From an uncultured Nitrospinota bacterium (lineage in GTDB: Bacteria; Tectomicrobia; Entotheonellia; J063; CAVPRW01), in contig CAVPRW010000022.1 of NCBI GenBank assembly GCA_963707985.1, positions 96,001 through 160,000 of the forward strand: a stretch of 64,000 nt of DNA, written 5' to 3'. Below the pieces are notes generated by a model. The model saw only the letters and a program-made list of their open reading frames with translations. It was not told the origin of the DNA and ran no database searches. The position numbers were made by a program, and so were the translations under genes. Positions within the stretch are counted from its first letter, which is position 1. Each line of letters opens with the position of its first letter. Shown here in pieces: positions 33,734-44,596 of the stretch.

Positions 33734-34006
33734 GTCAGGAGTAGTCCTCTGTTCCCCCTCTCCCCGGCCAGGGAGAGGGGCTCCATGAGTAGTTCCGGCC
33801 ATGTGTTCCCTCATGCCAAGGACGGAATGGCTTCGTGGTCGGTTCTCCGCTGGCCATCTGGGGCATGCCTCGGGTGTGACTCAAGGCTAGGGCACCGCCC
33901 CAGACTACCACACCTGCGAGGGGCCATCGTACCAGACACGCATGGTCGGCACCTCATGCACGTCTAGCGTGTACACAGACCGTGGAGTTCTCAGGAACCC
34001 ATTGCC

Positions 34007-35554
34007 ATGCCGCAGGAGCAGGAAACATCCCACTGGTGGCCCACCTTCGGTATTATGCTCGGCGGGCTCACCGTCGCGCTCAATAGCGGCGTGCTGAACG
34101 TCGCGATCCCCAGCATGATGAGCAGCTTAGGCACCGACCTGGACCGCATTCAATGGGTGCAAACCTCCTTCCAGATCATCCAGGCGGTCATGATACCCGC
34201 CGTCGGATGGCTGGGGGCACGGATGGGGACGAAGCGCTTGTTCATCCTCTCCACGCTTGTCTTCATCATCGGATCGGCGCTCTGTGGGCTGGCCTGGAAC
34301 GTGCAATCGCTGATCCTGTTCCGCACCCTGCAAGGCATCGGAGGGGGCCCCATCACACCGCTCAGCATGAGTATTCTGTACAGCAGCTTCCCCCCCGACA
34401 AACGCGGCCTCGCCCTGGGCCTGTCGAACTTCACCCAGTCCTTCGGGCCGGCGATCGCGCCGGCACTCGGTGGTCACCTCATCGAGGTCCTCAGTTGGCG
34501 GGCGATTTTTTACGTCAATGTGCCAGTCGGACTGCTGAGCGCTGCTATTGTCTTCTTCACCATGCCGAAAACCGAGGAGGAGCGCTCCAGCCCCTTCGAC
34601 GCCCTGGGGGTGTTCACCATGGCGAGCTTTCTCATCCTACTCCTGCTCGCCGTCAGCGAAGGGCGGCGGTATGGCTGGGGCTCGCAGATGATCCTCATGC
34701 TGTTCTTCGCTTCGACTCTGTCGCTGGTGGTCTTTGTGGTCGCCGAGCTGAAGACCACACAGCCCTTTGTCGAGCTCCGCGTCTACAAGAACCTCCCTTT
34801 TGCAATGGGGTGTCTGATTGGGTTCGTAAACACCATGGAATTTCGCGGCACCAACTTTCTCTTGCCCATCATGCTCCAGCGCATCTACCACTATACGCCC
34901 TTTCAGGCCGGCCTCTTTTTCCTCCCATCAGCGCTGGTGATGGGTATCACCTCGATCCTCGCCGGACGCCTGGCGGACATCGTTCAACCGAAGCTCCTGC
35001 TGATCATTGGCCTTTTGGGGCTAACCTTTGTCTCGTTCAAATTCTTAGGACTCGATGTCTGGGCCACGACCGGGCTTCTCCTGGGGTTGGTCGTGCTTCG
35101 TCGGGGGGCGCAGGCGTTTTGCCACTCCCCCCTAAGCTCGTCCACGCTGAATGGCGTGCCGGAAGACCAGGTACGGATGGCGAGTGGCCTCTTCAACCTG
35201 CATCGCACCGTGGGGGGAACGATGGGGGTCGCCCTCACCGCAACGCTGATGGATTATCGCGAGGACGTGCATATGCTCATCCTGTCCCAGCGCCAGGCGC
35301 TCTACCCGCTGGGCACAGAGGCGGCAACCGACGCCATTCGTGGAGTGTTGATGCAGGATGGCGATTCGGGTGGGACGCTGGCTCAGAAGACTGCCGGAAT
35401 CTTGCGCCAGAAGCTATCGGAGCAGGCCGCACTGGCAGGCTACCACGATGTCTTCTTCATGTTCGCATCCCTGACGCTCTTTTCGCTGCTGCCGGTCCTG
35501 CTGATGCGGGGTAGGAGACCGGTTTTACCAGTAAAGTCGGTGAAAAAAGAGTAG
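34007..35554 (+). CDS. DHA2 (EmrB/QacA-like) MFS efflux transporter
   Basis: Many TM helices; LNVAIPSM, GWLGARMGTKR, FRTLQGIGGG. Confidence 0.9.
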   Translation: MPQEQETSHWWPTFGIMLGGLTVALNSGVLNVAIPSMMSSLGTDLDRIQWVQTSFQIIQAVMIPAVGWLGARMGTKRLFILSTLVFIIGSALCGLAWNVQSLILFRTLQGIGGGPITPLSMSILYSSFPPDKRGLALGLSNFTQSFGPAIAPALGGHLIEVLSWRAIFYVNVPVGLLSAAIVFFTMPKTEEERSSPFDALGVFTMASFLILLLLAVSEGRRYGWGSQMILMLFFASTLSLVVFVVAELKTTQPFVELRVYKNLPFAMGCLIGFVNTMEFRGTNFLLPIMLQRIYHYTPFQAGLFFLPSALVMGITSILAGRLADIVQPKLLLIIGLLGLTFVSFKFLGLDVWATTGLLLGLVVLRRGAQAFCHSPLSSSTLNGVPEDQVRMASGLFNLHRTVGGTMGVALTATLMDYREDVHMLILSQRQALYPLGTEAATDAIRGVLMQDGDSGGTLAQKTAGILRQKLSEQAALAGYHDVFFMFASLTLFSLLPVLLMRGRRPVLPVKSVKKE

Positions 35555-35714
35555 CCAGTGAGGTTCGAACGTCCGACAGGCGTTGGGGACCTCATCGCCA
35601 AACGTCCGGAGCTATCGGTGGAGACCAAGCGGAAAATTCTGGCTGAGGGCGCCATCCAATTCTATCAGTTACGCGACTAGTACAGGCTACTCGCGCGACG
35701 AGAGCAGTGGATGG

Positions 35715-35850
35715 CTAATAGTGCATGTCGGCGCGGTTGCCACCGTCGACGACGATGGCTTCGCCGTGCACCCCGATGGCGAGCGGCGAAGACAGCATCG
35801 CCACCACGTGGCCGATGTCGGTCGCGCTGGGGCCGTAGCAAGGGCTCGGT
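35715..35850 (-). pseudogene. Short-chain dehydrogenase C-terminal remnant
   Basis: DIGHVVAMLSSPLAIGVHGEAIVVDGG. Confidence 0.5.
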
Positions 35851-35958
35851 CCATCAGTATCCCGCGGCGACGACCGACGCACACCCCTGCGGCGGCCCCC
35901 GATGCAGGCAGTAGCCACGCCCAGCAGGCATGCTTGGTGCACACGACCCTGGGACAGG

Positions 35959-36738
35959 CTACGACTTCACAGCGTGCAGCCTCGTCGCGGCCTCCATGAT
36001 GCCGCGGCGCAGGATCTCCACTTCGCTGGAGTAGCAGATGATCTTCGCCCCAGCCCGGATCCACTGCTCGCCCTGCTCGATCGAGCCCACCAGCATCGAG
36101 ACATCCTTGCCGTGTCGACCGGCGGCCTCGATCAGCCGCGTGCGGTACTCGTCAATCACCTTGCCCTGGTCCGGCGTGCCAAACACCCCGAGTTCCTGGG
36201 CCAAATCGGCCGGGCCCAGCGTCACGGCATGGATCCCGGGCACACTCAGGATGGCGTCGATGTGGTCGAACGCCTGTTGCGACTCGAACATAATCGCCAG
36301 ATGGATCTGGGCGTTGAGGAAGCGCTGGGTCTCCCCCACAGGGCCCGTCTCATAGTCGGTGTGATTGCCAATCCCGGCCATCCCCCGCAGCCCATCCGGT
36401 GCGTATAGGCTGGCGTTGACCACCTCCTGGGCGATCTCCGGCGTGTCCACCTGCGGCACGTGCAGGCTCCAGACCCCGGCGTCAAGGAGCCGTGTGATCC
36501 ATTCGCGGTTGCCCTGCGGCGGACGCACCGTCAGGGTGAAATCCATCGCCCTGGCGAGCAGCGCCATGTTGGACAGCGTCTCTATCGAGGGGGAAGCGTG
36601 CTCCATGTCAAAGCGGGCAAAGTCCAGCCCTGCCGACTTCATCAGTCGCAGAATCGCCGGGTTACGCACCATGTTGATCCAGACGCCGACCTGGGTCTCG
36701 CCACGCGCTAGAGCCTGCTTCATAGCATTGGTTTGCAT
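35959..36738 (-). CDS. HpcH/HpaI aldolase family protein
   Basis: FDMEHA, LLDAG..VPQV, GPADL. Confidence 0.9.
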   Translation of the reverse strand: MQTNAMKQALARGETQVGVWINMVRNPAILRLMKSAGLDFARFDMEHASPSIETLSNMALLARAMDFTLTVRPPQGNREWITRLLDAGVWSLHVPQVDTPEIAQEVVNASLYAPDGLRGMAGIGNHTDYETGPVGETQRFLNAQIHLAIMFESQQAFDHIDAILSVPGIHAVTLGPADLAQELGVFGTPDQGKVIDEYRTRLIEAAGRHGKDVSMLVGSIEQGEQWIRAGAKIICYSSEVEILRRGIMEAATRLHAVKS

Positions 36739-36840
36739 GAGTTTCTCTCCTCCTCAGTGAGCATCGACCATTGGCCCATTGCAAGCGTCTTGTACCATGG
36801 GCGCCCGACAGGTCAACCTTAAACATGCGTAACCCCTAAT

Positions 36841-36975
36841 TCAACACGTCGATAGGCGCGCTTGCATCGAACCGGAGGTGTCCAGCAGGAGGACACATGG
36901 ACAACATGGCTCCGGGTTCTCGGCAAATTCTACGGCCTCGTCAAGCCTTGGTGTGTTAGCCATGGTTTTGCCCAT
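36841..36975 (-). pseudogene. N-terminal fragment of a TerY/YegL-like vWA protein
   Basis: EFAENPEPCCPCVLLLDTSGSM (MIDAS DxSxS) followed shortly by a stop. Confidence 0.7.
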
Positions 36976-37007
36976 TCTCCTTTTTCTCTGACGGCTTGTG
37001 GCATAGG

Positions 37008-38015
37008 TCAGCGTTGTAATGCCGGCATTACGTGTTCGGCGAGGAGCTTGATCGTGCGTAGCACTTTGGTCTGTTCCATCCCTGGCCACTGGATGCGGAA
37101 GATAAAGCAGTTGACCCCGAGGGCATCGCTATAGCGCCGTAGTTCGCGGACGCAGTCATCGGGATCGCCGATGATAAAACGATCCTGCACCAATTGCTCG
37201 AACGCCAGGTCGAAGCTATCCTCCTGCGGCAAGGCTTTGTCCTGTCCCCATGAGGCGTAGGCCTGGTACTTGGCCTCGAGAAATGGACGGCATTCCTGAA
37301 TAGCCGTGCGGCGATCGGGTGCGACATAGAGTTCTTTGATCATCGGCAACTCGGCGGGAAATGGCTTAGCCCTCTCCTGGAGCGCCTTGCGGTAGAGCCC
37401 CATCTGGTGTTCGAGAATGCTGAGCTTGGCATGTGGATTGATCACCCAGGCGTCTGCCATGCGTGCCGAACGCTCTACTGCGCCGTCGTTATTGGCTGCA
37501 AACCAAATGGGTGGGTGGGGTGTTTGCACCGGTTTCAGCATCATACGGGCCTTGGTGAGATGGAAAAAGCGGCCATGATGCGTCACTTCTTCCTCGCTCC
37601 ACAGCCGTTTGATGACTTGTAGGGCTTCGACGAAGCGTGCCACACGCTCCCTGGGTTGTACACCAAAGGCCTCATATTCGGCATCACGATAGCCGAGCCC
37701 AACACCAAAGATAAAGCGCCCCTCACAGATCACATCGAGCGTAGCGACCTGTTCGGCGATGTCCACGGGATTGTGCAACGGCAGCAGCAGCACGGTAGCT
37801 CCCACGCGCATGCTCCCGGCTTCGGCCGCCAGGCGCGCCAGCGCCGGTAGGGTCTGGATTTCCTGAAAAGGCGTGGAGAGATAGTGCTGTCCCATCACGA
37901 TCAGGTCAAAGCCCGCCTCGCGCGCCGCCCGTACCTGATCGATATGCTCACGAAAACGTTCGACCATCGACACACCGGGCGGGTGTTGTTTCGAGACGAT
38001 CAGTCCAAATTGCAT
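37008..38015 (-). CDS. LLM-class flavin-dependent oxidoreductase
   Basis: AGFD..GQHY, LPLHNPVDIAEQVATLD..GRFIFGVGLGY, KPVQTPHPPIW. Confidence 0.9.
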   Translation of the reverse strand: MQFGLIVSKQHPPGVSMVERFREHIDQVRAAREAGFDLIVMGQHYLSTPFQEIQTLPALARLAAEAGSMRVGATVLLLPLHNPVDIAEQVATLDVICEGRFIFGVGLGYRDAEYEAFGVQPRERVARFVEALQVIKRLWSEEEVTHHGRFFHLTKARMMLKPVQTPHPPIWFAANNDGAVERSARMADAWVINPHAKLSILEHQMGLYRKALQERAKPFPAELPMIKELYVAPDRRTAIQECRPFLEAKYQAYASWGQDKALPQEDSFDLAFEQLVQDRFIIGDPDDCVRELRRYSDALGVNCFIFRIQWPGMEQTKVLRTIKLLAEHVMPALQR

Positions 38016-38700
38016 GCGCTCCTCCAGAGGTCTCGGGGTCATCGTGGACCCTCCAACATGCGTTCTAAATTCCGCAGATCGACCGCTAGGCTGAGCTGGC
38101 GTGGCGCGGTGACCTGGCGCACGGACAGGGTGAGCGTCTCATCCTGCCGCACTGAACGCTCGACAAGAAATCGCGTCTTCGCCGCACCGGTTCCGCTTGG
38201 CCCTGTAAAGGGTGTGGACGCGAGGCGGATCGGCCGATTGCCCGGACCGAGGATGCTGAGCTCCAGCACACGTTTTTGCGTTCCCAGTACCAGCGGATAC
38301 TCGGGCAATCCGGTCTGCCGTCGCACCGTTCCGAGGATCTCTCCTACGCGACCGGCAGCCCTTCCTGGACGATGATCTCATAGCGCCCAAACATCTGCGT
38401 TGACACGGTGGCAGCCCATAGTGGCATGCCATACCAGGCCACCAGGGCCGCCGTAAGGCAGGCAAGTCGCCAATAGTGCGAAGGATGTGTGCCAAGTGTG
38501 TGCACGGATTTCTCCTCTGTCAGTCGCTGCGCGTGGCACCTGAAACGAGCGCTATCTTAGGGAAGTTTTAGGCATCAAGCAAGGGGCCTATGGTCTTGAC
38601 ATCTCCTCGGCGTTATGTCCAAGATGAGGCTCACACAGGCGTGTTTCAGGGCGCTGTGATACGATCACACAAGCGCTTATCATCCGGGAGGTGAGAGACG

Positions 38701-39912
38701 ATGACTATGCCACTTGAAGGAATTCGCGTTCTTGATCTCACCCGACTCGCACCTGGACCATATTGCACGATGATCCTCGCCGACCTCGGAGCGGATGTGA
38801 TCAAAATCGAGGAACCCGGTCCCCCTACCGGCCGACGTGCCGAACAGGCAGGAAACCTTTCCACAGTGCCGCCCCCCCGTTACGGCGTCGACCGCCATAC
38901 GCCCCACTGGGCGTTGAACCGCAATAAAAAAACCATCGGGCTCAATCTGAAGCATGACGAGGCCCGGCAGATTTTCCATCAGCTCGCTGAGCGCGCCGAC
39001 GTGGTTGTGGAGGAGTTTCGGCCGGGCGTTGCGAAACGGCTGGGGATCGATTATGACACCTTACGCCAGCGTAATCCACGCCTCATCTACTGCGCCGTCA
39101 CTGGCTATGGGCAGAGCGGTCCCTATAAAGACCTCGTCGGCCACGACATCAATTACATTTCGATGGCCGGTTGTCTGGGGATGATCGGCGAGCAAGGGGG
39201 ACCGCCAGTGATTCCGCACAACATCATCGCCGATTTCGCTGGCGGCGGTATGCACGGCGCGATTGGAGTATTGGCCGCGCTTATGGCACGCGAGCGCACC
39301 GGCCGCGGTCAGTTTGTCGATATCGCCATGACCGATGGCGTCTATTCCTTGCTGGTCTCCCATCTGTCGACCTATTTTGCCACCGGTACGGTGCCACAGC
39401 GGGGTGAAACACTGCTCGACGGCGGCACACATTATTATAATGTCTTTGAGACCAAAGACGGCAAGTGGCTCAGCATCGGTTCGATCGAGCCCTGGTTCTA
39501 CGCCAATCTCTGCAAAGCGTTGGACCGTGAGGATCTGTTGCCGTGTGAATTCGTCGAGGCCGAGCAGCGCCAAGCCCTCAAACGGACGCTCAGCGATGTC
39601 TTCAAAACCAAAACACGTGATGAGTGGTTTGACATCTTAACGCGCCACGATATCTGCGTCGGTAAGGTCTACGACCTGGATGAAACGGAGCACGATCCCC
39701 ATCTGCGGGCGCGGGAGATGATCGTCGAGGTGGATGATCCGGAGGTTGGCAAGGTCAAACAGGTCGGTATTTCGGTCAAATTGTCCGAGACGCCGGGACA
39801 GATCCGCTTCCTGGCTGCGCCACTGGGCGCACACACTGACGAGATTCTCACCTCCCTCGGCTTCTCCCAGGAGAAAATCGCCGAACTGCGCGCGGCTGGA
39901 GCGATCAAATAA
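38701..39912 (+). CDS. CaiB/BaiF family III CoA-transferase
   Basis: PLEGIRVLDLT, LADLGADVIKIE, NRNKK, GHDINY, IADFAGG. Confidence 0.92.
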   Translation: MTMPLEGIRVLDLTRLAPGPYCTMILADLGADVIKIEEPGPPTGRRAEQAGNLSTVPPPRYGVDRHTPHWALNRNKKTIGLNLKHDEARQIFHQLAERADVVVEEFRPGVAKRLGIDYDTLRQRNPRLIYCAVTGYGQSGPYKDLVGHDINYISMAGCLGMIGEQGGPPVIPHNIIADFAGGGMHGAIGVLAALMARERTGRGQFVDIAMTDGVYSLLVSHLSTYFATGTVPQRGETLLDGGTHYYNVFETKDGKWLSIGSIEPWFYANLCKALDREDLLPCEFVEAEQRQALKRTLSDVFKTKTRDEWFDILTRHDICVGKVYDLDETEHDPHLRAREMIVEVDDPEVGKVKQVGISVKLSETPGQIRFLAAPLGAHTDEILTSLGFSQEKIAELRAAGAIK

Positions 39913-39961
39913 CGTAGGGCTGAGCGCAAAGGACTGACGGCTGAGAATTGAGCGCAACCCG

Positions 39962-40270
39962 CTAGAGGTCAAGGTCTGGGTATTGACTTCTCAGACGAGT
40001 GCGCAGCGTGTCGACCGACATATCGGTGATGCAAATGAGCTTGTGGCGGGCCTTCATCCCTCTGATGATGGATAGCCGCGCCCGGCTCACCCCGAGCAGG
40101 TCGGTGAGCAAGCCTAGGCAGGCCGTGTTGGCTGCGCCTTCGACGGGTGGAGCCGTGAGCAGAAGCTTCAGGGCATTGCCATGCAAGCCCGCCACGGCGT
40201 TGCGCGAAGCCCGGGGTTGCACCGTCACCGGCAGGAGCACATCAGCGCCGCTTTGCTGCAGGGCAAGCAC
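39962..40270 (-). CDS. DUF167 (YggU/UPF0235) protein
   Basis: VTVQPRASRN..APPVEGAAN..ARHK; GTG start with GGAGGG RBS. Confidence 0.85.
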   Translation of the reverse strand: MLALQQSGADVLLPVTVQPRASRNAVAGLHGNALKLLLTAPPVEGAANTACLGLLTDLLGVSRARLSIIRGMKARHKLICITDMSVDTLRTRLRSQYPDLDL

Positions 40271-40816
40271 TGCATCCCTCCGAAACCAATTCTCTAGCGT
40301 CTCTGCAGATAGGCCATAAGTATACTGCATCACCATAGAAACACGCCAAGCCGTGCGCGAAGATGTCAGAGGCTCATGAACCGAGGCAGCCGGGGTCGAT
40401 GGACGACACGGGAAACGGTCGGTCTCTGCGGTCGCACGACAAAAAGAGCTTGACTTTATCGTCCTGGATCGCTCAAATATACACCGCCTTCTGCTGGGAC
40501 GCGCTTTGCACACATCGCAACCTGGACGAAGCAGAACATCCTCTCCAACAGGCGTTGGCGCTACTTCCTTCCGCTCATGCCCGGTACCTGAGGCTTCCTG
40601 GGATCATCCGGATGCCCCAGGGAAAGCCCGCACAGGTCTTGGTTCCCCTGGACGAGGCAATCGGCAGACCCCATGGCGGCATCTGATGCGCCTGTAGAGC
40701 GTTTTCAGTCTTGAGCCATGAGGACCGTTCCAGGGGGAAGATGGGAATGTGCGGAGGAGCGAGGGCAGGAGGGCTGACGTGGGTAAGATCGGCAATGGAC
40801 TGAAAGAAGGAGGCTT

Positions 40817-40915
40817 ATGAGCAGCGTTGTCAAAAAACGACGAAAGAAGATTCGCAAGCACAAGTATAAAAAGCTGCGAGCTCGGACACGGATCGAGCGC
40901 CGCAAGCGGGGGTAA
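40817..40915 (+). CDS. Small basic ribosomal protein, bS22 / AURKAIP1-COX24 (mS38-like) family, 32 aa
   Basis: MSSVVKKRRKKIRKHKYKKLRARTRIERRKRG with AGGAGG RBS; below the ORF-track size cutoff. Confidence 0.85.
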   Translation: MSSVVKKRRKKIRKHKYKKLRARTRIERRKRG

Positions 40916-40994
40916 CACGCGGCCACCGGGATTCGAGGAGGCAGGGGGCACCCCTGGGCGGACTACCCTTCATTCCTCGAATCCCTCAGACGCT

Positions 40995-42122
40995 TCAGGT
41001 GTGTTCGAGCACGTAGCGGTAATACTCCTCATAGCGTTTGACGATTTGGGAGACGTGAAACCGCGTCATGACCCAGCGTCGTCCTTCTCGGCCCATCTGC
41101 CGTCTCCGTTCGTCGTTGGACAAGAGCTCAATGCCTGCTCCGATCATGCCATCGATGTCGTCCGGTTTGAGCAGATAGCCACATTCCCCATCGACGATCG
41201 CTTCCGGGAGCCCACCAACCCGTGAGGCCAGCACTGGCACCTCACAGCTCAGCGCCTCGATGGCCGCCAGCCCGAACGACTCCATCTCCGACGGCAACAT
41301 AAAGAGGTCAGCGATGGAAAGGACGCTGGCCACATCCGTCACAAAGTCCAGGAAGAAGACCTTTTGCACCAACCCCTCACGGCTGACGAGGTCGACACAC
41401 GCCTGATAGTCAGGACCATTACCGACTAGCAGGAGCTTAGCGGGAACCTCGCGGGCCATTTCGCGGAACATTTGGATGATCAACGGCACCCGCTTCAGGC
41501 TACGAAAATTCGAGATATGGCAGACGAGCTTCTCGTCGGGCTGAGCGAATTGCTGACGCCACTGCGGATTGGGCCGCCGCTGGAAGACATAGGGATCGAC
41601 AAAATTCGGGATGACTTCAATCGGTTTTACGAGGCTGAACTCCTGTCGCGTCAGCTCGGCGAGATACTGCGAGACCGCGGTGACACCGTCGCTCTGTTCG
41701 ATGCTGAAGCGCGTGACGCGTCGGTAGGAAGGATCGATGCCGATAAGGATGATGTCGGTGCCATGCAACGTGGTGATGATCTTGGCCGGCGATTGCTCGG
41801 CCATTTGCTGCGCCAGATACGCTGCCGTGGAGTGGGGAATGGCATAGTGAGCATGCACGAGGTCGAGTTGGTGATTCTCGACGACTTCATAGATCTTAGA
41901 CGCCAACGCCAGAGTATAGGGGGGGAACTCAAACAGCGGATAGGACACCACATCAACCAGATGAAACTGAATCGCCGATGGGCACCGGTGCGTCAGGCGC
42001 GCCGGTTGATTGTAGCAGATGAAATGCACCTCATGTCCGGCTTGGCACAGCCCATGGCCCAACTCCGTCGCCACGACCCCGCTGCCTCCGAACGTTGGGT
42101 AACACACGATGCCGATTTTCAT
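40995..42122 (-). CDS. bshA: N-acetyl-alpha-D-glucosaminyl L-malate synthase
   Basis: MKIGIVCYPTFGGSGVVATELG, HAHYAIPH, TTLHGTD, ESFGLAA. Confidence 0.93.
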   Translation of the reverse strand: MKIGIVCYPTFGGSGVVATELGHGLCQAGHEVHFICYNQPARLTHRCPSAIQFHLVDVVSYPLFEFPPYTLALASKIYEVVENHQLDLVHAHYAIPHSTAAYLAQQMAEQSPAKIITTLHGTDIILIGIDPSYRRVTRFSIEQSDGVTAVSQYLAELTRQEFSLVKPIEVIPNFVDPYVFQRRPNPQWRQQFAQPDEKLVCHISNFRSLKRVPLIIQMFREMAREVPAKLLLVGNGPDYQACVDLVSREGLVQKVFFLDFVTDVASVLSIADLFMLPSEMESFGLAAIEALSCEVPVLASRVGGLPEAIVDGECGYLLKPDDIDGMIGAGIELLSNDERRRQMGREGRRWVMTRFHVSQIVKRYEEYYRYVLEHT

Positions 42123-43741
42123 GACAGCTCCACCATATAATGCTTGCCATAGCTCTCGGGGACGGCCTGCACCAAGGTATCGACCACGTCCATGCCGTAA
42201 CGACTGAGGTATGACATGCCGTTCAGCGTGCGCTCCTGTAGATCACGTTTGGGGTACAACGCCTCCGCGGCACGCCTGAGTTGAGTTGCCGTCAGGTGTT
42301 CGGCCTGCTTCAGATGGCGCACCAGCTTTTTCTCAAACTTGCCGATGCGGACCATCATGTAATTCAACGTCCCCTCCAGCGAGGTTTCGAGCGTCGGATC
42401 GACGGCGCGGACGCGCCCCTTTAATGCGCTCAAGGGGCGATAGACCTGCTCGCGTAGCTCCTGCCAGAGGGCCGGCGACGCAATATCGGCACGGGCACGA
42501 ATCCACTCCGTAAGGGCGTGGTCGGGATCACGTAGACTGAGGGGCGAGAGATCATATTTGTGGAGGATTCTGCTCGTCGCGGGTTCGAGAAGGGTGCATC
42601 CCAGTCGCAGATGAGGAACCGGCATCGGCACGTCGAAATACTCATAGATATGTCGTGTCTGCGCAAAGTAATTCAGCTCTCCGGCCCCACCGACAAACGC
42701 TGCCGTGGGAAAAAGGAACTCGGACATGACGGGACGTAACAACGCGTTGGGGCTGAAGCGTTCAGGACTGTCCTGCAACAGCGTCTTGAGATCGGCGTTG
42801 GTATAAGTCCTGGAGCCTACACGGAAGGTCCCGTGTCCGTAGTGCACCGGTTCACGCCGACCGTTTTCGCGCAGGAAAAAGCTACATAACGTCGGGTCTT
42901 TGTGCAGCTGGCGCTGGTAACCACGTTCCTCCAAGAAGTCTCCGGTCTCGTTGGCCAACTGCGATGGCACCAACGGGGCCTCGATGGCCTGTTCGAAGAG
43001 GGGAATCGCCAGACGTTTCAACTCGGGCAACCCCGGTTCGACCATGATCAGCCCATACTGATGAAAGAGCCGCAACATGAGGCGGGAAAACCACTCCCCA
43101 AATGTTGCGCTCACCTCGGCCGTCTCCAGCAGTAAGGCCTCGACTTCATCAGTAAAACCTTGGCCGGCAAGCGCTTCGGACAAGCGCCGAATCACCGTCA
43201 GCGCGCCGTGATCGAGTGGGATCTCACCGACAGACCAGCCCTCGAATTGCGGATCCAGAGGGTATTCGAGGCGCTGCAGTTGTCCCGCCCTATCGATGAT
43301 GTACGTATGATTGACCTCGGCCCAGTCGTGGTCGTCGCTGGCGTTCCAAAACATCGGTACGAACTCATGGGGAAATTGGCGGCCCAAGGCCTCTGCCAGC
43401 TTGATAATGCTCATGGCTTTATACACGGTGTACAGCGGACCGGTGAGCAAGCCAGGCTGCTGACCGCCGATGACCACGAAGGTGGTGGGCTGTGCCAGTC
43501 GGTCAAGATTCTCGATGGTCGTCGCCGAGGCTCCAAGGCGTGCATGCGACCGCCGCAGCACCGCGGCGACGTCGTCTCGACGCATCTGGTAGCGCGTGCG
43601 GACTTCTTTAAGATGCTCGGCCATCTGGCCTGGAGAGGTACCAAAGATGTCGCGGCTGAGGGATTCGTTCACCGAGGTGTCCCGCAGCAGGTGATGAGGT
43701 GGGAGTAGCTCGGCCCAATCGAGGCTATCGCGGATTCGCAC
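42119..43741 (-). CDS. bshC: Bacillithiol biosynthesis cysteine-adding enzyme
   Basis: GGQQPGLLTGPLYTVYK, SDDHDWAEVN, FSPNALLRP, GAGELNYFAQ, LQER; ATGA overlap with bshA. Confidence 0.92.
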   Translation of the reverse strand: MRIRDSLDWAELLPPHHLLRDTSVNESLSRDIFGTSPGQMAEHLKEVRTRYQMRRDDVAAVLRRSHARLGASATTIENLDRLAQPTTFVVIGGQQPGLLTGPLYTVYKAMSIIKLAEALGRQFPHEFVPMFWNASDDHDWAEVNHTYIIDRAGQLQRLEYPLDPQFEGWSVGEIPLDHGALTVIRRLSEALAGQGFTDEVEALLLETAEVSATFGEWFSRLMLRLFHQYGLIMVEPGLPELKRLAIPLFEQAIEAPLVPSQLANETGDFLEERGYQRQLHKDPTLCSFFLRENGRREPVHYGHGTFRVGSRTYTNADLKTLLQDSPERFSPNALLRPVMSEFLFPTAAFVGGAGELNYFAQTRHIYEYFDVPMPVPHLRLGCTLLEPATSRILHKYDLSPLSLRDPDHALTEWIRARADIASPALWQELREQVYRPLSALKGRVRAVDPTLETSLEGTLNYMMVRIGKFEKKLVRHLKQAEHLTATQLRRAAEALYPKRDLQERTLNGMSYLSRYGMDVVDTLVQAVPESYGKHYMVELS

Positions 43742-43818
43742 TGAAATGGTAGCGCCCTCCTGCTAGGTGTATCACTGATGATGTCGGCTGCCGCCGCGCC
43801 CACAGCGCCTTATCGCCT

Positions 43819-43847
43819 GGTATAACATGCAGCCTGGGTGAAGTCAA
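43819..43847 (-). promoter_or_regulatory. Putative sigma70 promoter of bshC-bshA (TTGACT-N17-TATACC)
   Basis: Spacing and position about 80 bp before bshC. Confidence 0.5.
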
Positions 43848-44195
43848 TCCCAGCTCCAACCCGGCGGTGGGGCCAGATCACCTCGTAGAAACCTCCTTGT
43901 CCCTGCATGGTAAATCCCCTGGAATACACATGGCATCGATTGTGGCGCTCCTCAGCGGGGTCCGTGCACCCACCTTGGAGATGGTTCACGCGTCGGTCCT
44001 ATGAGTCATCATCTCACCATTCTCCTTCCGGCTTGCAACCTATGTGCATGACAGGGGCTCTGACATGTCGGGGGAAAACCGCCAAACCCATACCCATACG
44101 CGCTTCATGAGCTTCGCACGTCGCACTGTGGCGTTGGCGTTCGATCGATGAGGTGGTCGCGACACCTCCCAGCCTCATCGGCCTGCTGACCACAG

Positions 44196-44519
44196 CTAGT
44201 CTCCCCGCCTGGGGTCCACCCCAAGGTTCAATTCCTCACGCGTTGGACGATCGAGCAGACCCGACACCGGGAGGCCATATCTCGCCTGGAAGGCTCGGAC
44301 CGCTGCCTGCGTCTGGGGCGTAAACATGCCATCAACGGGACCCCGGTCAAACCCGAATGCTTTCAAACGCATCTCCGCGACTTGGATGTTCCCGCGGGTC
44401 AGGAGTCGGTCCATCGCGGGGTGTTCAGGCTCCGGCGTATGCTCCGCAGTGTAAGATGCAGCGCATGCGGTGAGCAGCAACAGCGGTAGCCAGCCGAAGA
44501 CACGACAGGACGGTCACAT
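44196..44519 (-). CDS. Lipoprotein with peptidoglycan-binding (PG_binding_1) domain; TGA at codon 2
   Basis: GGAGG RBS-ATG-TGA, then lipobox LLTAC; GPVDGMFTPQTQAAVRAFQARYGLPVSGLLD. Confidence 0.65.
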
Positions 44520-44596
44520 AGGATGCCTCCTTGTGTTGGCAAGTGCTTCCCGGCACACCGGTATCCGCGCCCCATCACGCACGGCCCCATGCTCGC

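Noticed and set aside
34153..35514. 453 aa alternative-frame ORF, and similar long shadows at 14759..15754, 33080..33814, 41472..42140, 54539..55183 and 62152..63525
   Set aside because: Overlap well-supported genes; Arg/Pro-rich or antisense ORFs are expected in GC-rich DNA
40330..40690. TPR-like fragment between DUF167 and the bS22-like gene
   Set aside because: Only a weak helical pattern split across frames; not enough to call
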